A DNA stretch of 64,000 nt from Plasmodiophora brassicae (taxonomy: Eukaryota): positions 248,001 through 312,000 of the forward strand of contig CP145422.1 in assembly GCA_036867785.1 (NCBI GenBank), read 5' to 3'. Below, one piece after another: positions 25,187 through 34,987 of the stretch. The notes below the pieces were generated by a model. It was not told where the DNA came from. It did not search any database and saw only the letters and a program-made list of their open reading frames with translations. The position numbers were made by a program, and so were the translations under genes. Each line of letters starts with the position of its first letter. The first letter of the stretch is position 1.

Positions 25187-26137
25187 ATGGCGGAAGACTG
25201 GAACCAGCTCGTTACAGGCCTTACCTCCCAGATCCAGATCCTTCAACAACAGCAACAGCAGCAGCAGCAGCTACTGCAGCAACAGCACGACCAACTGCTG
25301 CAACAGCAACAACAACTGACGCAGGCCCAGGCCTCCCCACAACAGCGAACGGTCTCACAGCATCATGCTCCTGAGCCCAAGGTCAAGCTTCCGCCCATGT
25401 ACAACGGCGGCCGGGGCGAACTTCGCGGCTTTCTGAACCAGATCAAGCTGGTTATCACTCAGCGGCCCAACACCTACGCGGCCGACGCTCAGAAGGTCGC
25501 GCTGGTGGGCCAGCTGTTGGGTGGGGACGCCCTAAAGTGGTTTAACCCACTGTTCGAGCGGAATAACGACCTGATGAAGGACTTCAGCGCCTTCGTCTCC
25601 GCAATCAAGAGCAGATTCGGGGACCCGAACCTCGCAGAGACCGCGGCCCGCAAGCTCCAGCACCTGCGTCAGGGCAGAGGCACTGTCGCCCGCTTCGCCA
25701 CAGAATTCCAGAATCTGGCGGCGGACGCTGGGTTCAACGACTCAGCCTGCCGACACATGTTCCGCGCCGGCCTGGCCAGGGACGTGCAGTTCCTGCTGCT
25801 GTCCCTACCCGTCGCCGAGACGCTTGACGAGCTTGTCATACAGGCAATTCGGTGCGACAACCGCCTGGCCGAGCACCGATCGGCCACCGCCCTCGTTCCT
25901 GTCCCTGCTGTCTCCGCCGCCGCAGTGCCGTCCGCTCCTTCCCCAGCCCCGGCCGCCGCGGTTGGGGATCCTATGGTTATCGACGCCGCGATCGGCGGTG
26001 GGCCCCGCGCGCCCTTAACCCAAGACGAGAAAGATCGCCGTCGTCGCGAAGGCCTGTGCCTCTACTGCGGGGTGGCTGGTCATGTCGCAGTGTCCTGCCC
26101 TGTGCGTCCGCAGGGAAACGCCTCCCGGCGTGGCTGA
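25187..26137 (+). CDS. gag: Element B gag (sushi/PEG10-like capsid plus CCHC knuckle, N-terminal polyQ)
   Basis: PKVKLPPMYNGGRGELRGFL, LRQGRGTVARFATEF, RRREGLCLYCGVAGHVAVSCP. Confidence 0.9.
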   Translation: MAEDWNQLVTGLTSQIQILQQQQQQQQQLLQQQHDQLLQQQQQLTQAQASPQQRTVSQHHAPEPKVKLPPMYNGGRGELRGFLNQIKLVITQRPNTYAADAQKVALVGQLLGGDALKWFNPLFERNNDLMKDFSAFVSAIKSRFGDPNLAETAARKLQHLRQGRGTVARFATEFQNLAADAGFNDSACRHMFRAGLARDVQFLLLSLPVAETLDELVIQAIRCDNRLAEHRSATALVPVPAVSAAAVPSAPSPAPAAAVGDPMVIDAAIGGGPRAPLTQDEKDRRRREGLCLYCGVAGHVAVSCPVRPQGNASRRG

Positions 26138-29100
26138 AATACCGGTCGGTCGCCACGTCTACCAATACACCTGTTCCATCATGTAACCCCGACCACTTCT
26201 CTCCCGAGCCAAGTATGATTTCCGCGTCCACCAACCTCGTCGAGCACTTGGACCGTGTCCTAAGCATAGACGTGTCCCTTCAACTCGACAATGGCAAGAC
26301 TGTACAGACGAAGGCACTTATCGACTCAGGAGCAACCAACGACTTCATACACTCCGACTTCGCCCGCGCTCACAACGTTCCGCTCACCAAGAAACCCGCA
26401 CCGGTAGATCTGGAGGTAATTGACGGGCGGCGGCTACCGAAGGTGGCGCTGGAAACGGCCCCTGTCCGCCTCAGCATCGGCAACCACTCCGAATCGATCG
26501 TGTTGAACGTAATCGACTCCCCACGATTCCCGATTATCCTCGGCATGACCTGGCTCTCGAGGCACAACCCGAACATTAACTGGACACGCCGAACGATGGA
26601 GATTACTCGTGTCACTCAGGACGCCGCGCGCGAACAGAGCGAACCCAAGGAAGCCATCACAGCCCTAACCTTGCACGACACTGACGTATTCCCTCAGCAA
26701 CCAGACCCACCACCTCAAGACCTCTCGCCACCCCCACGACACGAACGGCGGTCGAGGGCCCGTGTTGACAGCGGCAAGGCACCATACGCAGTCCCACTTC
26801 CCGGTGATTGGAACCAAGCCCAATGCCTCAAGCGGTGGCACCACCGACTCGGCCATCGTAACCTGCGGGACGTCATCCTGATGGCAAACCACGACCTCAC
26901 CGAATCCATGGAGATTCTGGCGCAGAAGGTTGACAAGTTCTGTGAAGGGTGCACTGTCGCGAAAGCCAAGGAACGCCCTTTCCCGTCGGAGTCCAAAGAC
27001 AAGGAGTGGAATGTTCTCGAGAGAATCGACGTCGACGAATGCGGTCCGCTTCCCGTTGCGTCACTCAATGGGGAACGGTACTTTATCACGTTCACAGAAT
27101 TCGCAACCAGGATGAAATTCACATTCCTGCTGCACCACAAGAACGAGGCGCTGACCAAGTTCAAAGAGCTCAAGGCACGAATTGAGAACCGCCTGGAGAA
27201 ATCCATTAAGATCCTGTTCGGTGACAACGATGGAGTATTCATCAACGACGAGTTCAAGGCGCTCCTGCAGGAATGCGGGATCGAATGGAGATCAACGGTG
27301 GAGTATTCTTCTAAGCAGAACGGCGTCTCCGAACGTGGCCACCTGACGCTCATGGACTCCGGCCGCGCAATGCTCGTACACGCAAGGCTTCCCAAGCAGT
27401 TCTGGGGACCCGCAATCCTGACTGCCAGCCACGTCCATAATCTCTGCCCCCACCCTCGCGATCCCACGACAACGCCCCATGAAAAGCTGTCGCGTTCGAA
27501 ACCCGACATCCGCTATCTCAGAACGTTCGGGTGCGACGCATATGGCTACGTCCCGTCCAGCCAGAGAACGAAGCTGGATCCACGCGCTGTGAAAGGCATC
27601 TTCATCGGATACGCGGACCACCAGAAAGGGTACGTTCTCTATCACCCGTCGTCCGGCCTAATCAAGGTGTACCGCAGCGTGACGTTCAACGAAGACAGCT
27701 TCGGCGGCCGCAGTGCAGATGACGCACTCGCTGATCCCGACGAGCCCGAGTCCGAATACGACGGCAACTACGTCCCCTCCGATGACGAATCCGCCGTCGA
27801 GGGGGCGCAGCTTGCAGGCCCCAGTGAGGATCCGCGGTCTCCCATTCAACGGGCTCGGCGTACCCCCCGCAAGCCAGACCGTCTTGGAGACCCCGTTCAT
27901 CACGCCTGGATCGCGTCACTGCAACCTACCCACGACGCCCCCATCCACCACATGTGGATAGGTTCCACACATCAATGCGAGGACGACGACGGCGCCACAC
28001 CCAGCGCAGAGGACCCCGACACTCCAACCACATACGAAGACGCTATGGCGAGTCCCGAGGCAGAGTTCTGGACCAAGGCGATGACCGATGAATTGAACAG
28101 CCTGACAGAGCACAAAACATGGGAAGCCGTCGAGCGACTACCCGTTGGGGCCCGTCCCATCGGATGTCGCTGGGTGTACAAGCGCAAAATCATGAAGACA
28201 AGTCAGGTTCCGCCAGACTCCACCTGGGTGCTTCGCCACGACCCCGATGGTGTCACCACCCACCGGTATAAGGCTCGCCTGTGTATACTTGGCTACAAAC
28301 AGCGCGAAGGCGTCGACTACACCAAGACGTACGCGCCAGTTATTCGCAGCGACATCCTCCGCCTAGTACTAGCCCTATCCGTCCACGACAAGGAGATTAT
28401 CGCAGAGCAGATGGACGTGATGACGGCATTTCTGAACGCCTACCTCACCGAAGAGATCTACATGGACTCTCCGAAGGGGTCGAAGGCCAGAACCCGCTTC
28501 GTCAAGCTCCTTCGATCGATCTACGGCCTGAAACAGGCACCAAGAGAATGGTTCAAGGTCATCGACGCCTTCCTCGTCAACGAATGTGGGTTCCAACGAG
28601 CCAAGTCCGCGTCGTGCTTGTACTTCAAACGTAGTCCAACCGGAAGGCTCGTCGTCGTTGGGGTCTACGTCGACGATATCCCCATCGTCGGACATCCCGA
28701 ACTTGTACACGAAACCAAGTCATCCCTCTCAAGGAGATTCAAGATGTCTGACATGGGTGAACTTCAATCCGTCATCGGCCTCGACGTGGATAGACAAGGT
28801 GGATCGGTGTTTCTGTCACAGGAACGCTACACGAAGACCATCATCGACACCTACGGCATGGCTGAATCGCGCCCCGTCTCGACACCGGCAGACGCGAACT
28901 TGAAGCTATCCACATCACTGTGCCCGCAGAACCAAGCTGACCGTGAACTGGTCGCGTTAGAAGGCCAGCGCATCAACTACCGAGCGGCAGTAGGCCACCT
29001 AATGTGGCTACTACACACTCGCCCAGACATCGCCTACGCTGTGAACGAGGTCTCACGTTATGTTCAAGACCCAGGGCCAGCCCATTTCGTCGCGCTGAAG

Positions 29101-29751
29101 CGGATCTTCAGGTACCTCAACGGCACGCGCAACTACGGGCTCCTGTTCGAAGGAGGTGGGGAAGCAACCACACCATTCCTAGTCGGCTATTCCGACTCTG
29201 ACTGGGCAGGAGACGTCGACTCACGTCGGTCAACTTCTGGATACGTGTTCCTTCTGAATGGCTGTCCGGTTTCGTTCCGTTCTAAGAAGCAGACCACAGT
29301 CGCGTTATCATCGTGCGAGGCGGAGACGGTGGCATCAACACTCGCGGCAACAGAAGGCGTATGGTTGCGCAATGTGCTGGACGAACTAGGTTTTCCACAA
29401 GCTCAGCCTACGCTCCTAAACGTGGACAACCAGGGGGCGATCGCGTTTGCCAACAGTGAAATCAACCACAGCAAAATGAAACACCTCGCGCTCAAGGATC
29501 ACTTCGTCAGAGAACTGGTGGCATCCAACCTGATCAAGGTGCACTATGTTCGCTCAAGTGACAATCTAGCCGATATCTTCACGAAGCCGCTGGGGAAGGT
29601 CAAGTTTGTCGAATTCCGGCAGGCTCTCAAGTGCGTACCTCGTCCTGACCGAATCCCGAACTCTTCGGTCGAGGGGGCGAATCAGGACACTGTTGCGACC
29701 TCGAGTTCGCAGTCCGTGGCGGAGTCCGTGGCGGAGTTCGTTGCTGACTGA
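26113..29751 (+). CDS. pol: Element B pol (PR-IN-RT-RNaseH), entered by a -1 frameshift
   Basis: Uninterrupted ORF with LIDSGAT, WHHRLGH..C..C, D-D-E integrase, QMDVMTAFLN, LLRSIYGLKQAPREW, YVDD, GYSDSDWAG, SSCEAE and ADIFTK. G GGA AAC at 26113-26119. Confidence 0.9.
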   Translation, partial: GKRLPAWLKYRSVATSTNTPVPSCNPDHFSPEPSMISASTNLVEHLDRVLSIDVSLQLDNGKTVQTKALIDSGATNDFIHSDFARAHNVPLTKKPAPVDLEVIDGRRLPKVALETAPVRLSIGNHSESIVLNVIDSPRFPIILGMTWLSRHNPNINWTRRTMEITRVTQDAAREQSEPKEAITALTLHDTDVFPQQPDPPPQDLSPPPRHERRSRARVDSGKAPYAVPLPGDWNQAQCLKRWHHRLGHRNLRDVILMANHDLTESMEILAQKVDKFCEGCTVAKAKERPFPSESKDKEWNVLERIDVDECGPLPVASLNGERYFITFTEFATRMKFTFLLHHKNEALTKFKELKARIENRLEKSIKILFGDNDGVFINDEFKALLQECGIEWRSTVEYSSKQNGVSERGHLTLMDSGRAMLVHARLPKQFWGPAILTASHVHNLCPHPRDPTTTPHEKLSRSKPDIRYLRTFGCDAYGYVPSSQRTKLDPRAVKGIFIGYADHQKGYVLYHPSSGLIKVYRSVTFNEDSFGGRSADDALADPDEPESEYDGNYVPSDDESAVEGAQLAGPSEDPRSPIQRARRTPRKPDRLGDPVHHAWIASLQPTHDAPIHHMWIGSTHQCEDDDGATPSAEDPDTPTTYEDAMASPEAEFWTKAMTDELNSLTEHKTWEAVERLPVGARPIGCRWVYKRKIMKTSQVPPDSTWVLRHDPDGVTTHRYKARLCILGYKQREGVDYTKTYAPVIRSDILRLVLALSVHDKEIIAEQMDVMTAFLNAYLTEEIYMDSPKGSKARTRFVKLLRSIYGLKQAPREWFKVIDAFLVNECGFQRAKSASCLYFKRSPTGRLVVVGVYVDDIPIVGHPELVHETKSSLSRRFKMSDMGELQSVIGLDVDRQGGSVFLSQERYTKTIIDTYGMAESRPVSTPADANLKLSTSLCPQNQADRELVALEGQRINYRAAVGHLMWLLHTRPDIAYAVNEVSRYVQDPGPAHFVALKRIFRYLNGTRNYGLLFEGGGEATTPFLVGYSDSDWAGDVDSRRSTSGYVFLLNGCPVSFRSKKQTTVALSSCEAETVASTLAATEGVWLRNVLDELGFPQAQPTLLNVDNQGAIAFANSEINHSKMKHLALKDHFVRELVASNLIKVHYVRSSDNLADIFTKPLGKVKFVEFRQALKCVPRPDRIPNSSVEGANQDTVATSSSQSVAESVAEFVAD

Positions 29752-32700
29752 CCTATCTGGCTTTGCGGACATTCCGGACATTCTCACGGTGCTGCCATGG
29801 CAGTTCACGGACTACTAAAGTCATTCTGTTATTGTCCTGCTTGAGTTCACGTGTCCCGTGCTTCAATTTATGCGTCCGAAAGGCTACATTTGAGATACAT
29901 TAATGTAGCATTCACGTGCCCGGGGTGCTACATTTGAGCTACATTCATGTAGCGTGTTTGTAGCCTTTCGGCCACAAACATGCTACATGAATGTAGCACA
30001 AATGTAGCCAACACGCTACAAACGTGACACAGGCATGTAGCACCTCTGTTGTCGGGCGGCTACATGAATGTAGCGCCGATGCACCATTGCAAAATACCAA
30101 AATGATGTAGCGCGCATGTAGCGAATCTGCTGCCTGTGCATGAGTCTGGGTCCTTCGTCTCTTCGGCGGGAACAGGAGACGTCGATGGGTCTGGGTCCTT
30201 CGTCTCTTCGGCGGGACCATTTGCAACAGTAAAGCGCGAGGATAGTCTCTCAGCTGGGGTCTCACCTCCTCCACGAAGCGTTCCTGCGCCTGCGTGTGCC
30301 ATCCCTTCAGCTGAATCACTCGAAACGTTGCCGCTTACATCCGTGTTTGTCGACGGCAAGCTGGCTTCCGTAGCTAATGACGACCACTCGGAGTGCCACA
30401 TTGCCACTGCTGCCGTCGACGACAGGCCGAGTCCTTCCGCTTTCGATTATGGTATCCCGGGGGTCGCCGCCTTCAATGATACTGTTGCCACCAGCCGCAC
30501 CGATCTCTTATCATTGCCCCGTTCAGGCTCCGAGTCCACGCCCCTTATGTCCTCCTTCCGGAACTGGGGCCCCGTTCGACGAAGGGTGAAACGGTCTCTC
30601 CCGCCGCCCCCGCCGCCTCCCTCCAATGGTGGCTTCCGAGACGGCCACAGCCTCAATCTTCTGATGTTCGCAACCTTTGTCGCCCTAGCCTGGATCCTAG
30701 TTGGGTGGCCGTATTTTCCAATAGCACAGCTGTGTACGAGCGCCTCTGCGGAGCCCCCGCCCTTGAATGCGCCCGCTGAGTCCTTCTTTGCACCTTTTGC
30801 TACGTTAGAGGATGACCAGGCCTCATCAACCTCGATCGCGTTTCTCAACCACGATCTCATGTTCCTGGACGCCGCCGCACGTGCGTTTGCCCACAAGCTA
30901 CATCGACGACAGATTCGTTCACCCCAATTCCTTAGCGAAGTTGATTTCGTTCATTGGACACCTGACGCCCTGACTCGTCGACTGGAGTACACACTGTCGC
31001 CTAATGATGAAGCAGTTCTTGCTAGGCCTCACCAAATGCTTCAACCCAGACAAGCCCGCAGCCCGTTCCCGGTGCGGCTAGAAGGGGACTATTATGTCAC
31101 GACTGAGTCGTGTTGGCGACTCAGCCGGCACCAAATTGGGCTCCTTCGTAGCGCACTAGGTACAATAAACGTCCACGGCGCGGACCGACCTCAGTCGGTC
31201 AATCCGTGTGGTTGACTCATCGTGTTCGGTCGTCACAGCAGCGCGCGCAGCGAGATATTTCTGCTTTCAGGGCGGGCCGACGAATGTTGACCGATGCAAA
31301 CTACGCTAGTTGCATGCTGTCCAACAATGCTTTGCCACTAATGAATACGGACGCCAGTACAAGTGTATACAACTAGATTCGTATTCATTACATATATCAA
31401 TGTCTAAATGCAACTCTCGAAATGCGCCATCAGGGTACGCCCTGGAAACGGGATACAGCGTCTCCAGATGCGACTCGGGAACCGACGGGAGGTTGCCCAC
31501 CCATTGTTGTACGCGTTGCTCTTCAGCACGCTGCCGTTTCAGCACATCTGCCGACCTGGCCACAGCCTCGCCGGCTCGCCTCGACCCACGCCGCCGGGAG
31601 CTCCGGCCCTTGTCTTGGACGAGCTGCGGCCAAGTATTTCTGTAGAGCGGGGCTCTATATTTAGCGTCTCGTGCCCGACCTCAAGATGCTGCTGTCCTGA
31701 GGAGGGGGTCCTGCTGTCCTGAGGAAAGGGGGCCTGCACGGATTTAGCTCCACTGTGATGGCAGGGCCGACGCCGTGGATGGGATGGATGATAAAGCTCA
31801 TTGGGATATTGGCTCGAGACTGACTACAGTGCGCACTCTGTCTGATCCCACACGTCTGACTTCGTCCCGCACCACGTTCGAGACGCTGCGCCATGGCATC
31901 GGAGACGACGTCCAGCACGGACGAGCATATTGGTGTCAAGGACGCGGATGTCAGCATCCTGCCACGGGTCGCGAAGTTGGACTCCACATCCATCTTGAAG
32001 TTGAAGGAGCAATATGATCGATATTGTGCAGTGGTGATCGACCGTGAGGGCAACCGTCCGGAAGCCGCGAGGATCAAGCCTCAAGCGATACGATTCTGCT
32101 TTACCACGCCGCAGCTGACCTGCATCGCGTTGAATCACCTGTTCCTGAACAATGTCGACCTGCTGACAGATGACGACCTGGAAGGATGGATCGAACCGCA
32201 GATCAAGAAGCTTCCAGCCAGTCATGGCCTGACGACCCAAGACATTGAGGCCAAAATCGCGAGTGAGCTGTCGATGGACACCAGCCTCCCGACTCTGAGG
32301 GATCAAGTTCAGTCGATCCTGGACCGCATGACTGAAATCCAGTGGAGACGAGGCTGGCAGCACATGCGCGAAACAGTCGGTGGGCGTAGAGCCCTTGGCC
32401 GTTTGTTGGTTGATACGCTTCAACCATGGAGGCTACGTGACTTCACAAGGCAATGGGTCAAGGAGGACAAGTCCAAGCGCGAAGGGGACCTGAAGGCGAT
32501 TATGAAGCAAGTGCAGGAGTGGATCATGCACAAGGTCGCTGTCAACGGTTCAGCCCAGACTGGTGGCGTATCCAAGAAGACCTGCGCCGAGCTCCGTCTG
32601 AACGACCGCAGCCACAAGTATCAGGTGGCGATCACGTCGGGGGGACGACGCGTTCGGGAACATCGTCCTCCTCCTCTGAATCGGCCGACCCGTCCGAAGC

Positions 32701-34910
32701 CCGCCCACCTGCGTGAGCAGCAGACACCTGCTACGAAGGTCAAGTCGCTTGGAGAACCAACGGTACAGTTCATACCCCCTAGCGTGTCGTCGGCCGAGAA
32801 TGAGACAACGTCGAGCACGAAGCGGACACGCGACGTCACTGCAGCTGAACGTAAAGGCCCCAGATCACGTGCTGGAACTGTGCGGGGCCGCACAGTTTAA
32901 AGAAGTGTCCGACGAAGCCGTCCAAGGAGAAGTGCTATGAGCTTGTTCGCGCCAACCATCGCCCGATAAAGATCCAGAAGACTAACGGGTACGCTGAGAC
33001 TGTCGATGATCTACAACGCGTAGTGCTGGAAGGCATACGTGTTCCGTACGAGTTGGATTCCGGCTGCCGCGGGGGCAACATCATGCCTGGCCATATCGCT
33101 GTCCAGTTGAAAGAGGCCACGTTCCGTGACGTTCAGCAACGAGACGTCACCTCAGCAGAAGGCAAAGTTATCGGAACCATAACGCGCACGGTGCAAGTTC
33201 CAATCACGATCCTGGAGACCGAAGTTGGCAATTTGACGCTGTATCATGTGACCTACTACGTTTGCGACGAGATTCCTGTGATCCTGTTCGGTGACAATCT
33301 ACTAACGACTCTCGGCATCAATCCGCGTCAGCAACTCGAGAACATCATCGCGTCAGGATGCACCGAGATGGATACGCTCTCAGGATGTGCCGCAGTCGAT
33401 GTCGATTGTATCGAGACCGTGAGGCGAATTGCCGCGAGAATGGCAACGTTGCGAGGAGATCACTTCCCAGTACCAGAGTCGGACTCTATGGAACCATCGT
33501 CAAGTGAAGTTGACTTGGGACCGATCAATGCTCACGAGATCGAAGCTTCTTGTAACCGGATGGTACACCAAGCACGTCTCAATGGCATGTCTCGTCAAGG
33601 AGTTGCTAAGCTACGATTGATCTTGCGACGACATCTGAACGAATTCCGCACGCGTCTGGGTCAAGATAAGCCTGTCGATGTCGAACCGATGGTAACACAA
33701 CTCATGCAGGACGCTACTCCGTACCGGTGCAAGCCGCGGTTCTACAATCCTAAGCAGAAGGAGTTCCTAGACGACATGATCAGTATGCTGAAGGAGAACG
33801 GTCTTGTCTACATGAACATGAACTCGCGATGGGCAAGTCCAGTCCTAGTCGTCAAGAAACCGAAAGGCGATGGCTATCGTCTATGTGTCGATCTTCGTCA
33901 AGTGAACGCACGGTGTGTTCCCACAGCATGGCCGATGCCGAATGTTGAGGCTGTTACGCGCAAGCTCTCCGGCATGACTTGTTTCTTCACGATTGATGCT
34001 TTCAAGGGCTTCTGGCTGATGCCTTTGGCTAAGGAGTGTCAGGAAATCTTCAGCTTCATGACGGACGACGCTGTATTCACGCCTACGAGAAGCATTCAAG
34101 GGGGAATGAATTCGGCGGTTCAGTTCCACGCCCGAATGGCAGCTATCTTCGACGACATGAAGGAGAATTTGCTCATTTGGATTGACGACATACTCGGATT
34201 CGCGAGGTCGGAGGAAGACCTTCTTCATCAATTGACACGAGTGTTAGAGCGGTGTCGCGAGCGCAACCTGAAGCTGAACCCGAACAAGTGCACATTGTTC
34301 GCTCGCGAGTTGAAGTGGTGCGGCAGGATATACTCGCGAGAAGGAGTTCGGCATGATCCAGAACGTATCGAGGCGCTGACCAGCATGCCACGCCCGAAGA
34401 CCGCTAAGGACCTGCAGCAGTTTCTGTGGGCGGCTAACTGGATGCGTACCCACGTACCCGGCTACGCAAGTATAGTACGACCGCTGCAAGAGCTGCTTGA
34501 CATTGCCAACGAGGAGCTCAAGCGCATTCGATCATCATCGCCATCATGTGTCTCGCTGGACGCACTGGGCTGGTCCGATCAGCACAGCAAATCATTCGAG
34601 GACGTGCGCTTCGCTTTGATTCAACACGTTCAGCTGGCGTATCCGAAGGAGGATCATCAGACCTGCCTGTTCACGGACGCCAGTGATGCAGCATGGTCGG
34701 CGGTGGTTACGCAGATCCCGATGGAGGACGTTGTAGTCCGGGGTCCTATATTTAGCTCCTCATCACCTACGTCAGCATCAGCATCCTCCAGATATTCACA
34801 TGCGACAGGGATTCATGTGTCGAGATATGCGGGGATCGAGAGCACGCGATCACGTGCGCCGCTGGTGGGAGAGCGGGGTACGGGATCGATGGTGGATAAA
34901 CGGCATTCGT

Positions 34911-34987
34911 TTTTGTAGACCGGACCGCCAACTAGGCCACGAGAGCAGCTGCTCTCGTGGCCTAGTTGGGCGGTCCGGTCTACAAAA
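34911..34987. repeat. Near-perfect 77-bp palindrome
   Basis: Arms of 38 and 39 bp, no loop, one extra G. Centre GCAG|CTGC. Confidence 0.92.

Larger units (their letters stand above)
24777..29868 (+). mobile_element. Element B: intact chimeric LTR retrotransposon (Gypsy gag-PR plus Copia IN-RT-RH), 5092 bp
   Basis: Identical 189-bp LTRs at 24777-24965 and 29680-29868, TSD TATGC, PBS GGTTTTGGGCCCA, PPT GAGGGGGCG. Confidence 0.93.
21237..30138 (-). mobile_element. CACTA/EnSpm-type DNA transposon, internally deleted, inserted in element A
   Basis: TIRs CACAGGCAGCA, 3-bp TSD CAT, and dense GCTACA/TGTAGC subterminal repeats at both ends. Removing it restores element A's reading frame and a local tandem repeat. 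Confidence 0.9.
19247..31237 (+). mobile_element. Element A: non-autonomous Gypsy/chromovirus-derived LTR element (gag-protease), about 3.1 kb without its inserts
   Basis: 143-bp TG..CA LTRs at 19247-19389 and 31095-31237 (one mismatch seen), TSD GCAGC, PPT GAAGGGGA. ORF has two CCHC knuckles and protease LLDCGAT. No RT or IN. Confidence 0.92.
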
